NCBI RefSeq assembly: GCF_009914755.1
Contig: NC_060926.1
Strand: one strand, 5' to 3'
Origin: the human T2T-CHM13v2.0 reference genome, Homo sapiens
Length of the DNA: 64,000 bases
How positions within the stretch are numbered: position 1 is the first letter of the stretch; each line of letters begins with the position of its first letter. The position numbers were made by a program, and so were the translations under genes. Positions 43,481 to 56,239 of the stretch are shown one piece after another. The notes below the pieces were generated by a model. It searched no databases, had not been told where the DNA came from, and worked only from the letters and a program-made list of their open reading frames with translations.

Positions 43481-45063
43481 TCCCAGAAGCATGCGCTGAG
43501 CTCCTACTCCATGCAGGCCTTGTGGCAGGTACCTGGCCACTACAATACATAAGACACACATGGCTCCGGTGCTCAGAAAGGACCAACAGGCAAACAAGGA
43601 AATAGACGTTTATAACAGGAGGTGACGGGTATGAAGAGAGCAGCCAAATGGGCGTTTGAGATCTGGCTAAGGGAGGGGACCTCATCTCTGCAGCCCTTGT
43701 TGAGGTAGCGATATTTCAGCTAAGACCTGAAGGCAGAGAGGAGGATGTCTGTGTGAAGCATAGGACCGGGAGAGCATTCCACACGGAGAGAACATTGCAG
43801 AGGCTCTGGGGCAGAGAAGAGCTTGGAATCTCTGAAGAGTTGAGAAGTGGCTGTGGCTGGAGTTAAGGAGTGAGAGAGAGATGAGGGGGAGCGTCAGGCA
43901 GGGCCTTGGGGACGTCACCTCGGGCACTAGGAAGCTATCGAAGGACATTAAGCTGCAGGGTCGCCTGGTGAATGCAGGTTGTGGGAAGGCCTTTCTGACT
44001 GCTGCCTGGATGGAGAGTACTAGGAGGTGGGTACTTGTGATGGTGGCTGGGCTGGGAAGCATGTGGTGAGGGGTGACAGGTGGGAAGGGGCTCTGAGACG
44101 GGACCTGCTGAGGACGGGGGAAGGAGCAGAGGTAGCAAGCCACTGGGAGCGTGTTGGCCTCCTTTCCCGAGCTAGAAGCACTGAGAGTTGGGAGCTCAAG
44201 TGAAGAACTTCATGCTGTGTGTGGAGCTCATGTTGCCTGTGGGAGCCCCCAGGGGAGAGGTGAAGGGGGCAGTTGATTTGTGGCGCGGAGTTCAGAGGGC
44301 AGGTCTGGGCTTGGCTTTGGTTCTTGGTGACCTCAGAGTGCAGGTGATGTTCAAAGCCATTGATATCCGGGAGTGAAAGTAGAGAGAGGACCCAGCCCGG
44401 AGGGGTCCTGGCATTGGCAAGGCTCGGGAGGAGTCGTAAGAGACAGCGTGGAATGTGAGGCCTGGCACAGGGAGAACAATCTCAAGGGGTGAAGGCCCCC
44501 GTGATGCCCATCCTGCCAAGGGGTCCAGTGAGATAAGGCTGGAGAAGGCGGGAGGTGGAAGAGCTTCACGGCTTGCTGGGGATAAAGGCCTGGATGGAGT
44601 GGGAGGGGAGGAAGGGAAGGCAGGCCTGGAAAGAGGACAAGGGACAGCAGCGAGGGGGATTATTATGAAGTCTGAAGATGGGGGCGCACTCAGGGTGGGT
44701 GAAGTGGAGGGGCCTGCCTCCTGTTGCAGGGTGGCCTGTTACGGCTCCCTTCCTTCATCCGTCTGCTCTTTTTCTCTGCTGGCCTCGTGCCTTCTCTCAG
44801 TTCCTTGCTCTCACCTGCTGTCTCCCTGCTTCTGTGTTCGCCCAAGAACGTTTGTGGGACCCCTGAAGGAGGCTGGCCTGTGTCCGGGAGGATGGACGCA
44901 CTCTGGGGGCTGCTTCTTTCTGCTTCTTGCCCCTCCTTCCCTGGGGCTCCTCTGTCCTCTCTTCCCTCCCTCTCTCGGACCTCCTCTTCCTTCTCCTGGT
45001 CCTCTCTCTTCTTCCCTTTCCTCCCCTTTTGCCTGGCTTTCTTCCTGTGTCACCTGCTTCTAG

Positions 45064-45360
<297 letters not shown>

Positions 45361-45548
45361 CTTCTAGCTCACTTTTTAATGCTTTTCTGACTCCTGGACT
45401 ATTTCCTGGGCCCCAGCCAGGACAGAGGGCTAAGCCAGCTCTGGACTGTTAGGGGTTGGAGGTGGAGGGCAGCAGGGTTGTCCTCTCTGCCTTCTCTCTG
45501 CTCACCCCCAGCCCCAACTTCCTGTAATCATCCCTCACAACCTCACAG

Positions 45549-45647
45549 TGTTTGAGTTCATGCCATACATGGGCATCACCCTGGCTACCATATTCACCAT
45601 GCTGAGACTTGCCAATGAAGCCAAGATACGCCAGGCGATCTGCAGTG
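45549..45647 (+). CDS. MROH2A: MROH2A coding exon 5
   Basis: cag|(V)FEFMPYMGITLATIFTMLRLANEAKIRQAICS|gtgag. Confidence 0.9.
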
Positions 45648-46425
45648 GTGAGTGTCCCACTTGAGCCTGCAGGTCTGGCTCGATCAGGGCGCCGGAGGGA
45701 GACTGCTGGGTAAGGAGCAGATGGAGGGGTTGTTGAAAAAGAGGTGCACTGTTCACTTGTTCTCCAAAGGAGTTTGCTTAATCTTTTACTTCGTGTGGCC
45801 TCTGATTGGCTGCCTGGGGCACAAGAGGCTGAGACATGGTGGGGGCCTTTTAGAAGATCCCGGCTTAGAGGGAAGAAGCTGCAACGGTGACTCCATTTAG
45901 CTTGCTTTGTAATTAAGCACTTCAGTTCATGAGACCACAGAACAGCAATGAGCATTCACAGGAGAGGGAGACCGGGGAAAACGGCTCCATGTGGAGCTTG
46001 ACGGGGACTGGTCTTAGATGCTATTTCAATCTGATCACCTTGCCCCAGATTTTGATTACTTAATGTTCTTGTGGGCTTATAAAAAGCCCTAGTGCCTGAG
46101 AAAAAGAGGGCCACATGTGTTCACTGTTCACTGCCCTCTGACCTGGAATCCCCAGGATGTGGGCAGGGTCATACTCCAGGCCTCGCCCTTGACCCCGTCT
46201 CTGTCCTTGAAGGAGAGGGACCCAGACACCCCCGAGTGCTCAGTTCTCACACACACAGGCACGCAGAGTAAAAATGAAGGTGCTGTGGGGGGTTGGAAGG
46301 GCAGGGTGCAGCCTGCTCGCTACGGCAAGGCATGAGCACTTCCACTCGGGAAGCTGGGCTGGGAAGGCTTGGTTCTGCTTCCAGCCCCTCTGGCGCCAAG
46401 TGCATTCCCCTGTTGCTGTTGGTAG

Positions 46426-46577
46426 CCATGGAGACCTTCTGTGAGACGGTGCAGTTTTATCTGAAGCACCTGGAGGAGAGCGTGTACCCCGTGATGACTG
46501 AGGAGGAGTTTGCCCTGAAGGTGTTCCCCATGTATCGCTACTTCGTGACAGTGTGGCTGAGGCACTACAACCCCGAG
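46426..46577 (+). CDS. MROH2A: MROH2A coding exon 6
   Basis: tag|(A)METFCETVQFYLKHLEE...WLRHYNPE|gtgag. Confidence 0.9.
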
Positions 46578-47115
46578 GTGAGATGCACCCCTCTTAGGAG
46601 GGCCTGGTGGTCCCCAGGCCACAGCTTCCCAGCCTGTGGGGCCGGGAGGTGCTGAGGGACCGTCGGGTCCACACTTACTCCCAGGACCCTAGAGGGCAGT
46701 GACCTGACTCATGGCAGAGCCGGGGAACTCATGGATGCTGAACAGCTGGGACCTAGGAGCCTCATCCACGAGGCCAGGCTTGATGAAGGTTGGTGATAAT
46801 CCTGAGAGCACTTGTTACATGCTGGGCACTCTACCAGCGTCTTACCCATGGGAGCTATTTTCACACCCACTCTGTGATATAGGACTAGTTGACAAATGAG
46901 GAAACTCAGGCACAGAGGGGTTAAGTACCTGCTCAAGGTCATGTGGCTGCTAAGTGGGAGGGACTCAAACCCGGCCGCCTGTGCAGGAAAGACCTTGCTC
47001 TGCTTCTGAGGCGCCTTCTGTCCTGTGTCCTTGGATTCTGTGGCTGGGGCTGAGGTCACTGGCCTTGCTGGAGGGTGGTGAGACAATGCGTCCCAGAGCT
47101 GGTTTCTGGTGGCAG

Positions 47116-47259
47116 GTGAAGCTGGGGGTGATCAAGTCCCTGAAGCCCATGCTCGGCCTCCTTCTGCCCAACGATGACCTGCGGGAGCAGGTCTACGACT
47201 ACATCCCCCTGCTGCTGGCGGAGTACCAGGGCAGTCTGGAGGTGCTCTTCGTCACGCAG
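47116..47259 (+). CDS. MROH2A: MROH2A coding exon 7 (probable GC donor)
   Basis: cag|VKLGVIKSLKPML...GSLEVLFVTQ|gcgagt. A weaker in-frame GT alternative lies at 47241/47242. Confidence 0.8.
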
Positions 47260-47513
47260 GCGAGTGGCCAGGCAGCCACGGCTCTGGGCAGGAGGCTTAG
47301 GGAATTGGGGGCTCCCAAGTGTTTAAAGGGGATGAGTGGGAGCCGGGGGGATGTCAGATATTTTGACACTGTGTCAGGAACCCGACATCTGTGCCCTGCG
47401 AGGGAGGGGCGTGGAGCCTGGCACCCGTGGGACTCATGGGAATGAACACTGCCCTTCCGGGTGGAAGGGACCAGGTGCTGGTCCCTCGGAGGCTGCAGTG
47501 AGGCTGTGGCCTT

Positions 47514-47925
47514 TGCATTAGTTTGTTAGGGTTGCTGTAACAAAGAACCACACATGCGTAGCTTGAAGCAACAGAGATGTATTCTCTGTACGTCCTGGAG
47601 GTCAGGAGTCCAAACTCAGGGTGTCGGCAGGGCTGTGCTCCTTCTGAAGGCTCTAAGGAAGCAAGCTCTCTTGCCTCTTCCAGCTTCTGGTGGCCCCACA
47701 TGTTCTGTGACTGTGGCAGCATCACTCCAATTTCTCCCTTCCTCATTGCGTGGCCTTTCCCTGTGTGTCCCTCTGTGTCCTCTTCTTACAAGGACACCTA
47801 CCCAAAATCCAGGATGATCTCACTTCGAAATCCTGAACTAATTCCATCACAAAGACCCTATTTCCAAATAAGGTCACATTATCAGATTCTGGGCGAGCCT
47901 GAATTTTGGAAGGACACCGGTCAAC
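47514..47925 (-). mobile_element. MLT1-family LTR
   Basis: TGCATTAGTTTGTTAGGGTTGCTGTAACAAAGAACCAC...CCCTATTTCCAAATAAGGTCACATT. Confidence 0.8.
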
Positions 47926-48405
47926 TCAAGGCAGCCTTGGTAGAGGGGTGAGATGTGTGAGATGGAGCCGTTGCAGTGTTCCGCGTGGAGCTGTGGATGG
48001 GGCTGGTGCCCATGTAAAGGGATCACTCATCTATAAGGAGGGTGTGGGTCTCAGCTCTTAAAGCAAGGAGTGGAAAGGGATGTGACTGATTTAGGAGCCA
48101 TCTGTAGATCATTCTGGCTAAATAATGGGATTCACTTTTAAGTGAAGGAGGCCTTGAATGCCACACTCAGGGGCCTAGCGCAGCACTTCCCAAGCCTTGC
48201 TGTGGTTAGGAACAACCTGGGGGCTGGGTGAAATGCAGGCTTGGATTCAGCAGGACCGGGGTAGGGCCTGAGAGTCTGCATTTCTAATCAGCTCCCAGGG
48301 AATGCTGGTGCTCAGTGGGTCAGTGGGCCCCTGAGTAGCGAGGGTCTAGAGTTTGACCTTGAGTTGGTAGAAGGTCACCTGCCACCATTTGCCAATCCAC
48401 TGCAG

Positions 48406-48498
48406 GTCTTGAGGCAGATCCTGGAACTGTCAGTCACCACCAACACCCCTGTCCCCCAAATGCAGCTACACACCATTTTCACAGAACTGCACGTCCAG
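48406..48498 (+). CDS. MROH2A: MROH2A coding exon 8
   Basis: cag|VLRQILELSVTTNTPVPQMQLHTIFTELHVQ|gtgag. Confidence 0.9.
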
Positions 48499-48719
48499 GT
48501 GAGGCCAGCAAGCTCAGCTGGACAAGGGCATTCTCTGGGTGGATCAGCAGGAAGCTGGCGGCGGGAGGTGGCCTGGCCCACAACTCACTCGCGTGCTTCC
48601 TTTATCCTGATGGGGTATGAGGCTGTGGTGCCCATGCAGCCCCAGGTATGGTCAGCTGGGCTGCCCCTGCACCTGTGTCCCTGTGATCTCCTCCAGCCTC
48701 ACTGCACGTCCCTCACCAG

Positions 48720-48798
48720 GTGTGCAACAAGGCCCCGGCCCAGCATCAGTACAGCAGCCAGAATCTGATGGAGATGGTGCACTGCTTCGTAGCCCTCG
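48720..48798 (+). CDS. MROH2A: MROH2A coding exon 9
   Basis: cag|VCNKAPAQHQYSSQNLMEMVHCFVAL|gtgag. Confidence 0.9.
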
Positions 48799-48952
48799 GT
48801 GAGGCTCTGCGGCAGGGTGCTCCCTGCCTGCCCCGAGGCCTGCAGGAGGCCTCTAGGAGTCCCGGCCCCTCTGAGCGCTGGGCCTGGGACTGCCTTGCTG
48901 GGCCTGCTCTGGACCCGGTGAGCATGACTAAAGCTGTCCTTCCACCCTGCAG

Positions 48953-49066
48953 CTCGCTCCTACCCCAAGGAGCTGATGAAGTTCTTCTTCAGCCAGATGG
49001 AGACAAACAAGGAGGCCGTCCGCGTGGGGACTCTGAATCTGATTAGGGCTATAGTGAGCGCAGATG
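48953..49066 (+). CDS. MROH2A: MROH2A coding exon 10
   Basis: cag|(A)RSYPKELMKFFFSQMETNKEAVRVGTLNLIRAIVSAD|gtgag. Confidence 0.9.
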
Positions 49067-50439
49067 GTGAGCAAGGCAGGGTGGGTGGGGTGGGCGGGGA
49101 GGGTGGGGTAGGCAGGGTGGAGAACAAGGGAGGCAAGTTTCATTCATGTTCGGGCATTGCCACTTCCTAGACACTACTGGGTGGGCCAAGAAAGCCAAGG
49201 TTCTTGGCTGCTTTGCATTTTCTAAGCTTTAACCTAATCAGCACTGTGGCTTACCCTCCCCACACCCAACCCTCTGAGTCCGAATTGTTAACCCGAATCC
49301 TCCTGCTAACCTCCAAAGCTCAATCAGAGGCTGGATATAAGGCCAAACTACACCACATAGGCATAACTCTGAAGCCCCGTGGACTCAATGCTCAACCATA
49401 GTCTACACATCTGATTCCAATTCCTAAGCCCAAACTCTAAACCTAGCCCTGAGATTTAAAGAGAACCCCTGTCCCTAACCAAGGCACTAGCTCACACTCT
49501 GCCTTTGTGTGAATTTGAAGAAGGCCCCTGTTGACAGCATGCAGCCCTACAGGTACATAATGGTTAGAAGAGCATGGGCAGCTCCCGCTCAGCCCTAAAG
49601 TTGGGTAGCTTTGTTCAGTGCACAAATTGGGCAACTGTATGTAAAGGGCCTTGTGCTGCCATTAAACCTTTCTCTTGAAGAAATGCACATTTAAGCAACA
49701 ATGAAATCCTTTTTACCTATTCAATGAATAGAGATGATAATGGCTAGAGTTCACCTGGTCATTTTTCTGTGAAAGGCCAGAGAGTAAAAATATTTTTGGC
49801 TTTGCAGGCCATATAGTGTCTTTGACAATTACTCAGCTCTACCATTGCAGACCAAAAACAGCTGTGGACTCCTGAGCATGGCTGGTTTTGTAAACTTTAT
49901 TTACAGAAACAGGCTGTGGGTTATACTTTGCTTATTGCTAGTCTAGGGTGACAAGAAACCACCTGTGATACTTCAGTGACAGAGATGTAAATCAATAAAT
50001 GATTTTGGGTGCTCAATTGGATACGGACCAACATTTGCACTCAACAATCCAACTTTTTGTCAACCATCCAAAGGACATAATTTCCCAAAAGTAATTGGAC
50101 AAAGGTGCTCATTAAAACATTGTATTAAAAGCAAAGCATGAGAAACAGCCTAAATGTTTTTCTGTAGGGAATTTGTGGAATAAACAATATATCTGCATAA
50201 TGGAATATTATGCAGCTATTAAAAAGTGTGTAGTCAATCCACTTTTTGTGGAAAAGCTGCCCTCTTTCTATTGGGTGTATTAAGTGTAGCAATACAACGT
50301 GGGGCAGTATTTATAGCATGACCTTAGTGATGTGGAAGAAATCTATGTTCATTTATGCATAAACAGGTCTGAAGGACAAAATCTATTAAAAAGTGGTTAT
50401 TTTTTATTTTAATTTTGCAATGAACATATGCTATTTTTT

Positions 50440-50692
50440 CTTTCATTCAGGGAAATTAGTATTTGCCCTAATGCTCTCCCTCCCCTTTCCCCCAACCCTC
50501 TAGCAGGCCCCTGTGTGTGATGTTCCCCTCCCTATGTCCATGTGTTCTCACTGTTCAACTCCCACTTATGAGTGAGAACATGCACTGTTTGGTTTTCTGT
50601 TCCTGGGCTAATTTGCTGAAGATGATGGTTTCCAGCTTAGACTGGATAAAGAAAATGTGGCACTTATACACCTTGGAATACTATGCAGCCAT
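50440..50692. mobile_element. Short L1PA fragment with internal inversion
   Basis: Antisense L1 3' sequence (to about 50637) joined to sense TAGACTGGATAAAGAAAATGTGG...TATGCAGCCATA. Confidence 0.8.
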
Positions 50693-51526
50693 ATACTATT
50701 TTTATAATCAGAAACAGTTTGCATCTTCAAGATGAAAACTCTCAATTGTCTCATGCTCACTTGGTGCCTGACTGCCACCTTGTACCTGCTCTCATTTCCT
50801 TTTTCCTACTCTGGGGTTGACTTAGTAACACCTAGCCTTGAGTGCAGTATCATCCTGGATGTCTAACTCTACCTCCATCCACACCAGCCCTCTCCAGAAC
50901 TTTCTCATGGCTCTTTCTTGCCCCTCTTAAGCTTCCTGCTTTAGTTGGGTGTGCTGTCATCAGTTGTACAACTAGCAAACACTTGCCCAGCCCTTACGGT
51001 GTGCCAGACTCTGTGTTAACTCTGTGAGAGAGGCACTGTCATTATCCACACTTTACAGGCGAGGAAACTGAGGCGCAGAGGGGCTACGTAATTCACTTTA
51101 CGTCCCACAGCTGGGATGTGGTGGAGCCAGGATTTGAACCCAGGGAAGGCCTGGTGTCAGGACCCATGCTCTTCACGGTGGTGCTTTGCAACCTCTGTGT
51201 GCCCACTGCATGCCCACTTCATGCCCAGTGCTCTGTGCCCAGCTGCAGGACACTAAAGAGCTCGTAGGCAGAGATCTTGCCCTCAAGGCGAGTTCACCTG
51301 GGTTCAAATGAGATACACACAAAGCAGTGGCCAAGGGAACGAGGCGTGGAAACAACAGAGGGGAGGGAGATGGCCAGGGAGAGCATGGCCAGGGAGGCTC
51401 CTAAGAAAGTGCCCCTGAGCTTGGAGAATGTGGGAGGAGACAGAACGCGAGGCCCTGATGTGGGACGAGCCACCTGACCTCTCCCTGAGCCACAGCCCTC
51501 CAGCCCACCCAGTTTTCCTCTTTCAG

Positions 51527-51603
51527 AGCCCAGGATGAGTATCAGGGCCATCTACCTGGCTATCCGCGTAGTCAAGAACACCATCTCTGATACCCGGTCC
51601 AAG
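51527..51603 (+). CDS. MROH2A: MROH2A coding exon 11
   Basis: cag|(E)PRMSIRAIYLAIRVVKNTISDTRSK|gtaac. Confidence 0.9.
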
Positions 51604-52532
51604 GTAACAGGGCAGAGACCTGGAAATGGGGGGCACTCAGGGGACCCTGCCAGGGAGGCAAAGGGAAGTCTGGGCTCTGGGAGGCAGAGGCTTTTGATGG
51701 AAAACCCGGCTTTCCATCGGGTCTCGACTGGGGCTGCAGAATGGTGAGGCCAGTGAAAGCTGAGGTTCCACTCTCGAGACCTCATTCTCTCCATGGATCT
51801 AGAGTTTTTGAGTGGTGTGTCTCAGGCACCACCTTGGACCCAACAGAGGCCGAGTAAATCCAGCTGCAGCTAGAGTCACTTGGCTGTCAAGGGTTTTGTG
51901 AGGTCTTTATCGCATGTGAAAAAAGCAACTAAGGGGTACTCCTCTACCCATCCTCAAAAGGCTGAAAACCACAGTCCCAGGCTCCATGGCAGCCACATCC
52001 ACCTTGGAGTGGAGCTTGGTTCTGGCCGTGGGCTGGGGAAGGGAGGTCCGGCATAGTGAGGGGTCTGCACAGCAGTTTTGAGGAACATCAGAGAGGGAAT
52101 GGAGGAGAATGGGGGCTAGAGATTTAGGCAGAGCTGTCTTCAGTCCCTGGAGGCTGTGGAGGGAAGCGAGAAGAGGCTCGTTCTGCATCTCCTTCACATA
52201 GTGATTCTCATCAATGGAGCAAGCCCCAGGGGGTCCAGGATAACAGATGGGCTCCCCATGGCAAGGGCTGCTAGAATGGAGCAGCCGAGGTTGGAAGGGA
52301 GGGAGGGAGCTTTGTGTCTCTCCAAGGCTCAATTAGGCTCCCAGGTGGGCATGCTGCAGAGTGGGACCCCTGGATGAGGCAGGGGGAGGTGGACAGAGTG
52401 GGCAGTAATCAGGTAGTCCCTGAGGCCCCTTCTAGCCCAGAGCACCCCCAATTCCTAGCTCTCTATGTCACAGGATTGGGTGCCTTGGAGCCCACCCCAA
52501 CCCCCAGCATGTCCACGGTCCTGTCCCCTCAG

Positions 52533-52652
52533 GTAAGGATGGCTATTCTCCACATCATTGGGCAGTTGGCTCTCTGTGGCTACCAGGAGAGAATCAAAGG
52601 CTGGGGCCTGAAGTACCTGTCTGTGCAGCTGACCTTATCCACCTACAAACTG
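52533..52652 (+). CDS. MROH2A: MROH2A coding exon 12
   Basis: cag|VRMAILHIIGQLALCGYQERIKGWGLKYLSVQLTLSTYKL|gtgag. Confidence 0.9.
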
Positions 52653-52957
52653 GTGAGTGGCCCTGATACGCAGACCACAGAGCAGCTGGACTTGGAAATG
52701 GTTTCCACAGTGCTGAGGGGAGAATGCCACTCAGCATACCTGTGTTCAAACCTGCGTATCCATTCATGACAGGAGTTCATAGACACAGTGAACCTGCAGG
52801 TGACAATGTGTGGGGTCCTAGATATAGGCACAGCTCTGAGCATTCTGTAGACTCAGTATCTGGGCATGGAGCCCCTGGGGAGTGAGGAGACCACACCTGA
52901 GACCACGACAAACCTCTGCTAGGCCACAGGTGGGAATCCCTTGGTTCTTTCTTCCAG

Positions 52958-53068
52958 ACAAATCGCCGGGAGAAGTTTTATCAGAGGGACTTGGAGGAGA
53001 GGATGGTCCACAAAGTCACCATGGACACTGTGAAGATCATTACCTCTTCTGTCAGTGGGATGACCACC
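52958..53068 (+). CDS. MROH2A: MROH2A coding exon 13
   Basis: cag|TNRREKFYQRDLEERMVHKVTMDTVKIITSSVSGMTT|gtgag. Confidence 0.9.
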
Positions 53069-53371
53069 GTGAGTGGGCCCTGCCCCACCCGCACAGTGGG
53101 TCACCACGCCAGGCTGGGGGTGAACCACACATGCCCAGAATTCCACATCTTTGCTTCTTCCGTTCCTGCTGTCTGGAGTGTTGAGGGGCCTTCCTCTTCC
53201 AGTTGCCTGGAATTACTCAAAACCCAGTTCCAAAGCCAGGTCCTTGATGAGAACTTACTCTTCATCTCTGTACCCCTAGAGGCTGGGCAGTGCACGACCT
53301 CAGCATGGCTGGCAGTATCAGTCTGTATCATTTGAGCAAGTACCTGAAATGTGTCCATTACTTTAAGGCCC

Positions 53372-53417
53372 GTGTGTGTGTGTATGTGTGTGTGTGTGTG
53401 TGTGTGTGTCTGTGTGT
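53372..53417. repeat. (TG)n microsatellite
   Basis: Direct reading. Confidence 0.9.
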
Positions 53418-54174
53418 AGACCAATGATTTTCATGGTTTAATTTTGTAAACATTCATTGAGTTCTAACTCTGTGAAAGACAGGACAGAGGAGTGTGCACT
53501 AGGAGGACTCAGTATGACGGGAAGGAGTGGAAGGAGTTCACAGACTATGGGAGAAACAAATGTGTCAACTTTTAATTGCAACAAAATGTGACGTAGCAAT
53601 AAGAGGAAAAATGTACCATGAGAACATCAAGGAGGGAATGATTACTCACTGAGGCTGCAGGCTAGATGATCCCTGTCCAGCGACAGCTTTTTTTAATTGC
53701 AGAAATAATAATAATCATCATCATCATCATAGCTACAGTCCATGTGGCACCCACATATAGCAGGTATACTGTACTAGGTGTGCAACCTGTGCAATCTTGT
53801 TTAATTATCCCAGCAACTACCTGCATAGAGGGTAGTTATTATCCTGATTTTGTAGATGAAGAAACAGACCCAGAGGGATTCATTAATTTGCTCAAGGCCT
53901 CATATCTGGTAAACAATAGATCCAGGATTGAAATTCCCTTGGAATTCACCATGCTGTCTTTATGGGGAAGCCCAGGAACTGGGAGATTCTAGTCCTGGTG
54001 GCTACAACAGGTTAAGCCATTGCACTTGATGGTTGGTAGCACAAGAGCCTCACCTTCAACTCCTAGGGGTGGGGGTGGGGTGGAGAGGGATTATAATTAG
54101 TCGGGGGTGTTGAACGGTCACCCAGGGAGAGAGGAGATGGTGGGGTGAAGTTGGAAACACAGCTCCAAGAATCC

Positions 54175-54545
54175 ATATCAGTCAGGGTTCTCCAGAGAAA
54201 CAGAACCAGTAGAAGACATATATAGCCTGGTTTATTTTAAGGAAGTGACTCATGCAGTTGTGGGGGCTGGCAAGTCTGACACCTGTGTGGCAGGCCAGCA
54301 GGCTGGAGACTAGCAGGGGCGGATGCTGCAGCCTTGTGGCTGAATATCTTCTTCCTCAGAGAAATCCCAGCGTTTCACTCTTAAGGCGTTTCACCCACCT
54401 ATGTTATTGAGGATAATCTCTTTTATGGATTATGCACTTTCGTCACACCTACAAGCTACCTTCACAACAACACCTAGATTGGTGTTTGACTGAATGACTA
54501 GGTACAGTCGCCTAGCCAAGTTGACACACAAAACTGACCGTCATA
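54175..54545 (-). mobile_element. MLT2-family (ERVL) LTR
   Basis: TCAGTCAGGGTTCTCCAGAGAAACAGAACCAGTAG...CCTAGCCAAGTTGACACACAAAACTGACCGTCA. Confidence 0.8.
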
Positions 54546-54918
54546 CCAGGCATGCACAACTGGATCATCTGCCCGGGGTGCCCCTCTAGAGGACTTGGGA
54601 TCAGAGGGAGGGCCCTGGATGAGAAGGGTTTGATGAGTGTGGGTTTGTATGAGGCTGGCAGTGATAGGAGTTGGGCAACAGGGATGCTGGCCCCAGCAGG
54701 GACTAGCAGACTCTCTTGCCACATCAGGGTGGGTGACACTTAAATGCCCCTGACAAAGACTGGATTTGGCGGTGGAGCCAGTTCAGGGCTGAGACTGTCA
54801 GGGGACATCTCTGGGGAAGCAGGGATGGGATGGCACCATGGCAGAGCCTGACTGTTCTCCTTAGAAGCCCAGGGCTTGGGCTAATTCTGAGCCCCTTTCT
54901 CTCCCACCCCTACCCCAG

Positions 54919-55066
54919 GAGTTTTGGGTGAGGCTGCTGTGCTACATCATGGAGACAGACTACGTGGAAGCTTTGACTCCTATCTGTATCAGCCTCACAA
55001 ACCTGGCAGAACACCAGCTCCATGGCCAGGATGTGGATGTCAGCGTGGCTGGCAAGAGCAGGCAAG
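54919..55066 (+). CDS. MROH2A: MROH2A coding exon 14
   Basis: cag|EFWVRLLCYIMETDYVEALTPICISL...AGKSRQ|gtggg. Confidence 0.9.
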
Positions 55067-56198
55067 GTGGGCAAAGTTCCTGTCCAGCTGATTGGATTGG
55101 GCAGGTGGGCTGGCTCCTTGTCTGGGAATGCCCACCCCTCTCCACATTCCTCCCACCCTCATTCCCCCTTCTCCTGGAAACATCCAAGTCCAAATTAATA
55201 CTATTAATGCCTACCTGGATATTAATGCCTACCTGATCATATCTAGGTCATGTTAGAATTGTGTAAACTTCCTTTGGATAGCTCACTCCTCATGTCCTGT
55301 CCCCCCAGCCCACAGCCCTGGTCCAGATCCCATCCTTGGGAGCTCCTGGCCCAGCCTTTCCCATGCATGACCTTACTGGGCCTCTGCTCTGCCTGGCTTC
55401 TCTGAGCCAGCTAGAGTAACTATAGGCATCCCATCCTCTGTAGACTACCCTCACTGTGGTCCACTCAGAGTGGGCACTGTTAACACCAGGCTCTCAAAAC
55501 AACTATGCCCACCTACCATGCTTGCTCCTGTCCCCTTCCCTCCAACTCTGGCCCCAAGGGCATCGCTGGTGATGTAGGTGATTGATGGGGTCCTTTAGGA
55601 TCCAGGGCTAGCAAAGGGCAGAGCCTGCTCTCTGACTTTGATCTAAACAAGCTGGCCAGTCAATCCTCTGAGGTCTTCCTCATGCCCCTCTCACTCTTGA
55701 CTCTGGTTGAGTCCTCTCCAGGTCCCCTGCACTGGCATCTTCTCAGCAGGCCTGGCCGTGCCCTTGTCCATTTGTTTGTGCCCTGTTGGTTTGCTTTTCC
55801 TGGGCTCATTGGCTCCCAAAGCCTGTGGAGAGAGTCAGGAGTGGGTAGAATGGCAGTGTCTAATTACTTTTGGCTCAACAGAGGATGGGGTTCACAGTAG
55901 GAGACAAAACACTGTCATGGAAAGTCTTGGTGTCCACTACAAAATGCGCATGGCCTGAAAAGAGCATCTTCTAAACCTCAACCCATTAGCACGATTCTCC
56001 CCTCTTCCCAGGATAAGTGAAATGTAATGATGTTCTTAGGAAATTCCCTGTGCCAACCCATTCTCCATTCTGGGGGTTTGGGGAACAAGATCATGTTGGG
56101 GAGGAACCTTCTAGGGTAAAGTTCCTAGATGGGGACATAGGAGCATGTCCTGGTACAAGCCAGGAAGGCTCAGCTGGGGTTGCATTTCCTTCAATCAG

Positions 56199-56239
56199 TG
56201 GACCTGCCTGCACCTCAGAAGCTGCTGGCCCGTCTCCTG
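56199..56239 (+). CDS. MROH2A: MROH2A coding exon 15 (41-nt small exon)
   Basis: cag|(V)DLPAPQKLLARLL|gtgag; needed to restore phase between its neighbours. Confidence 0.85.

Noticed and set aside
42907-43605. 232-aa Pro/Ser/Leu/Phe-rich ORF and overlapping ORFs
   Set aside because: Product of the polypyrimidine tract, which lacks the purines needed for stop codons.
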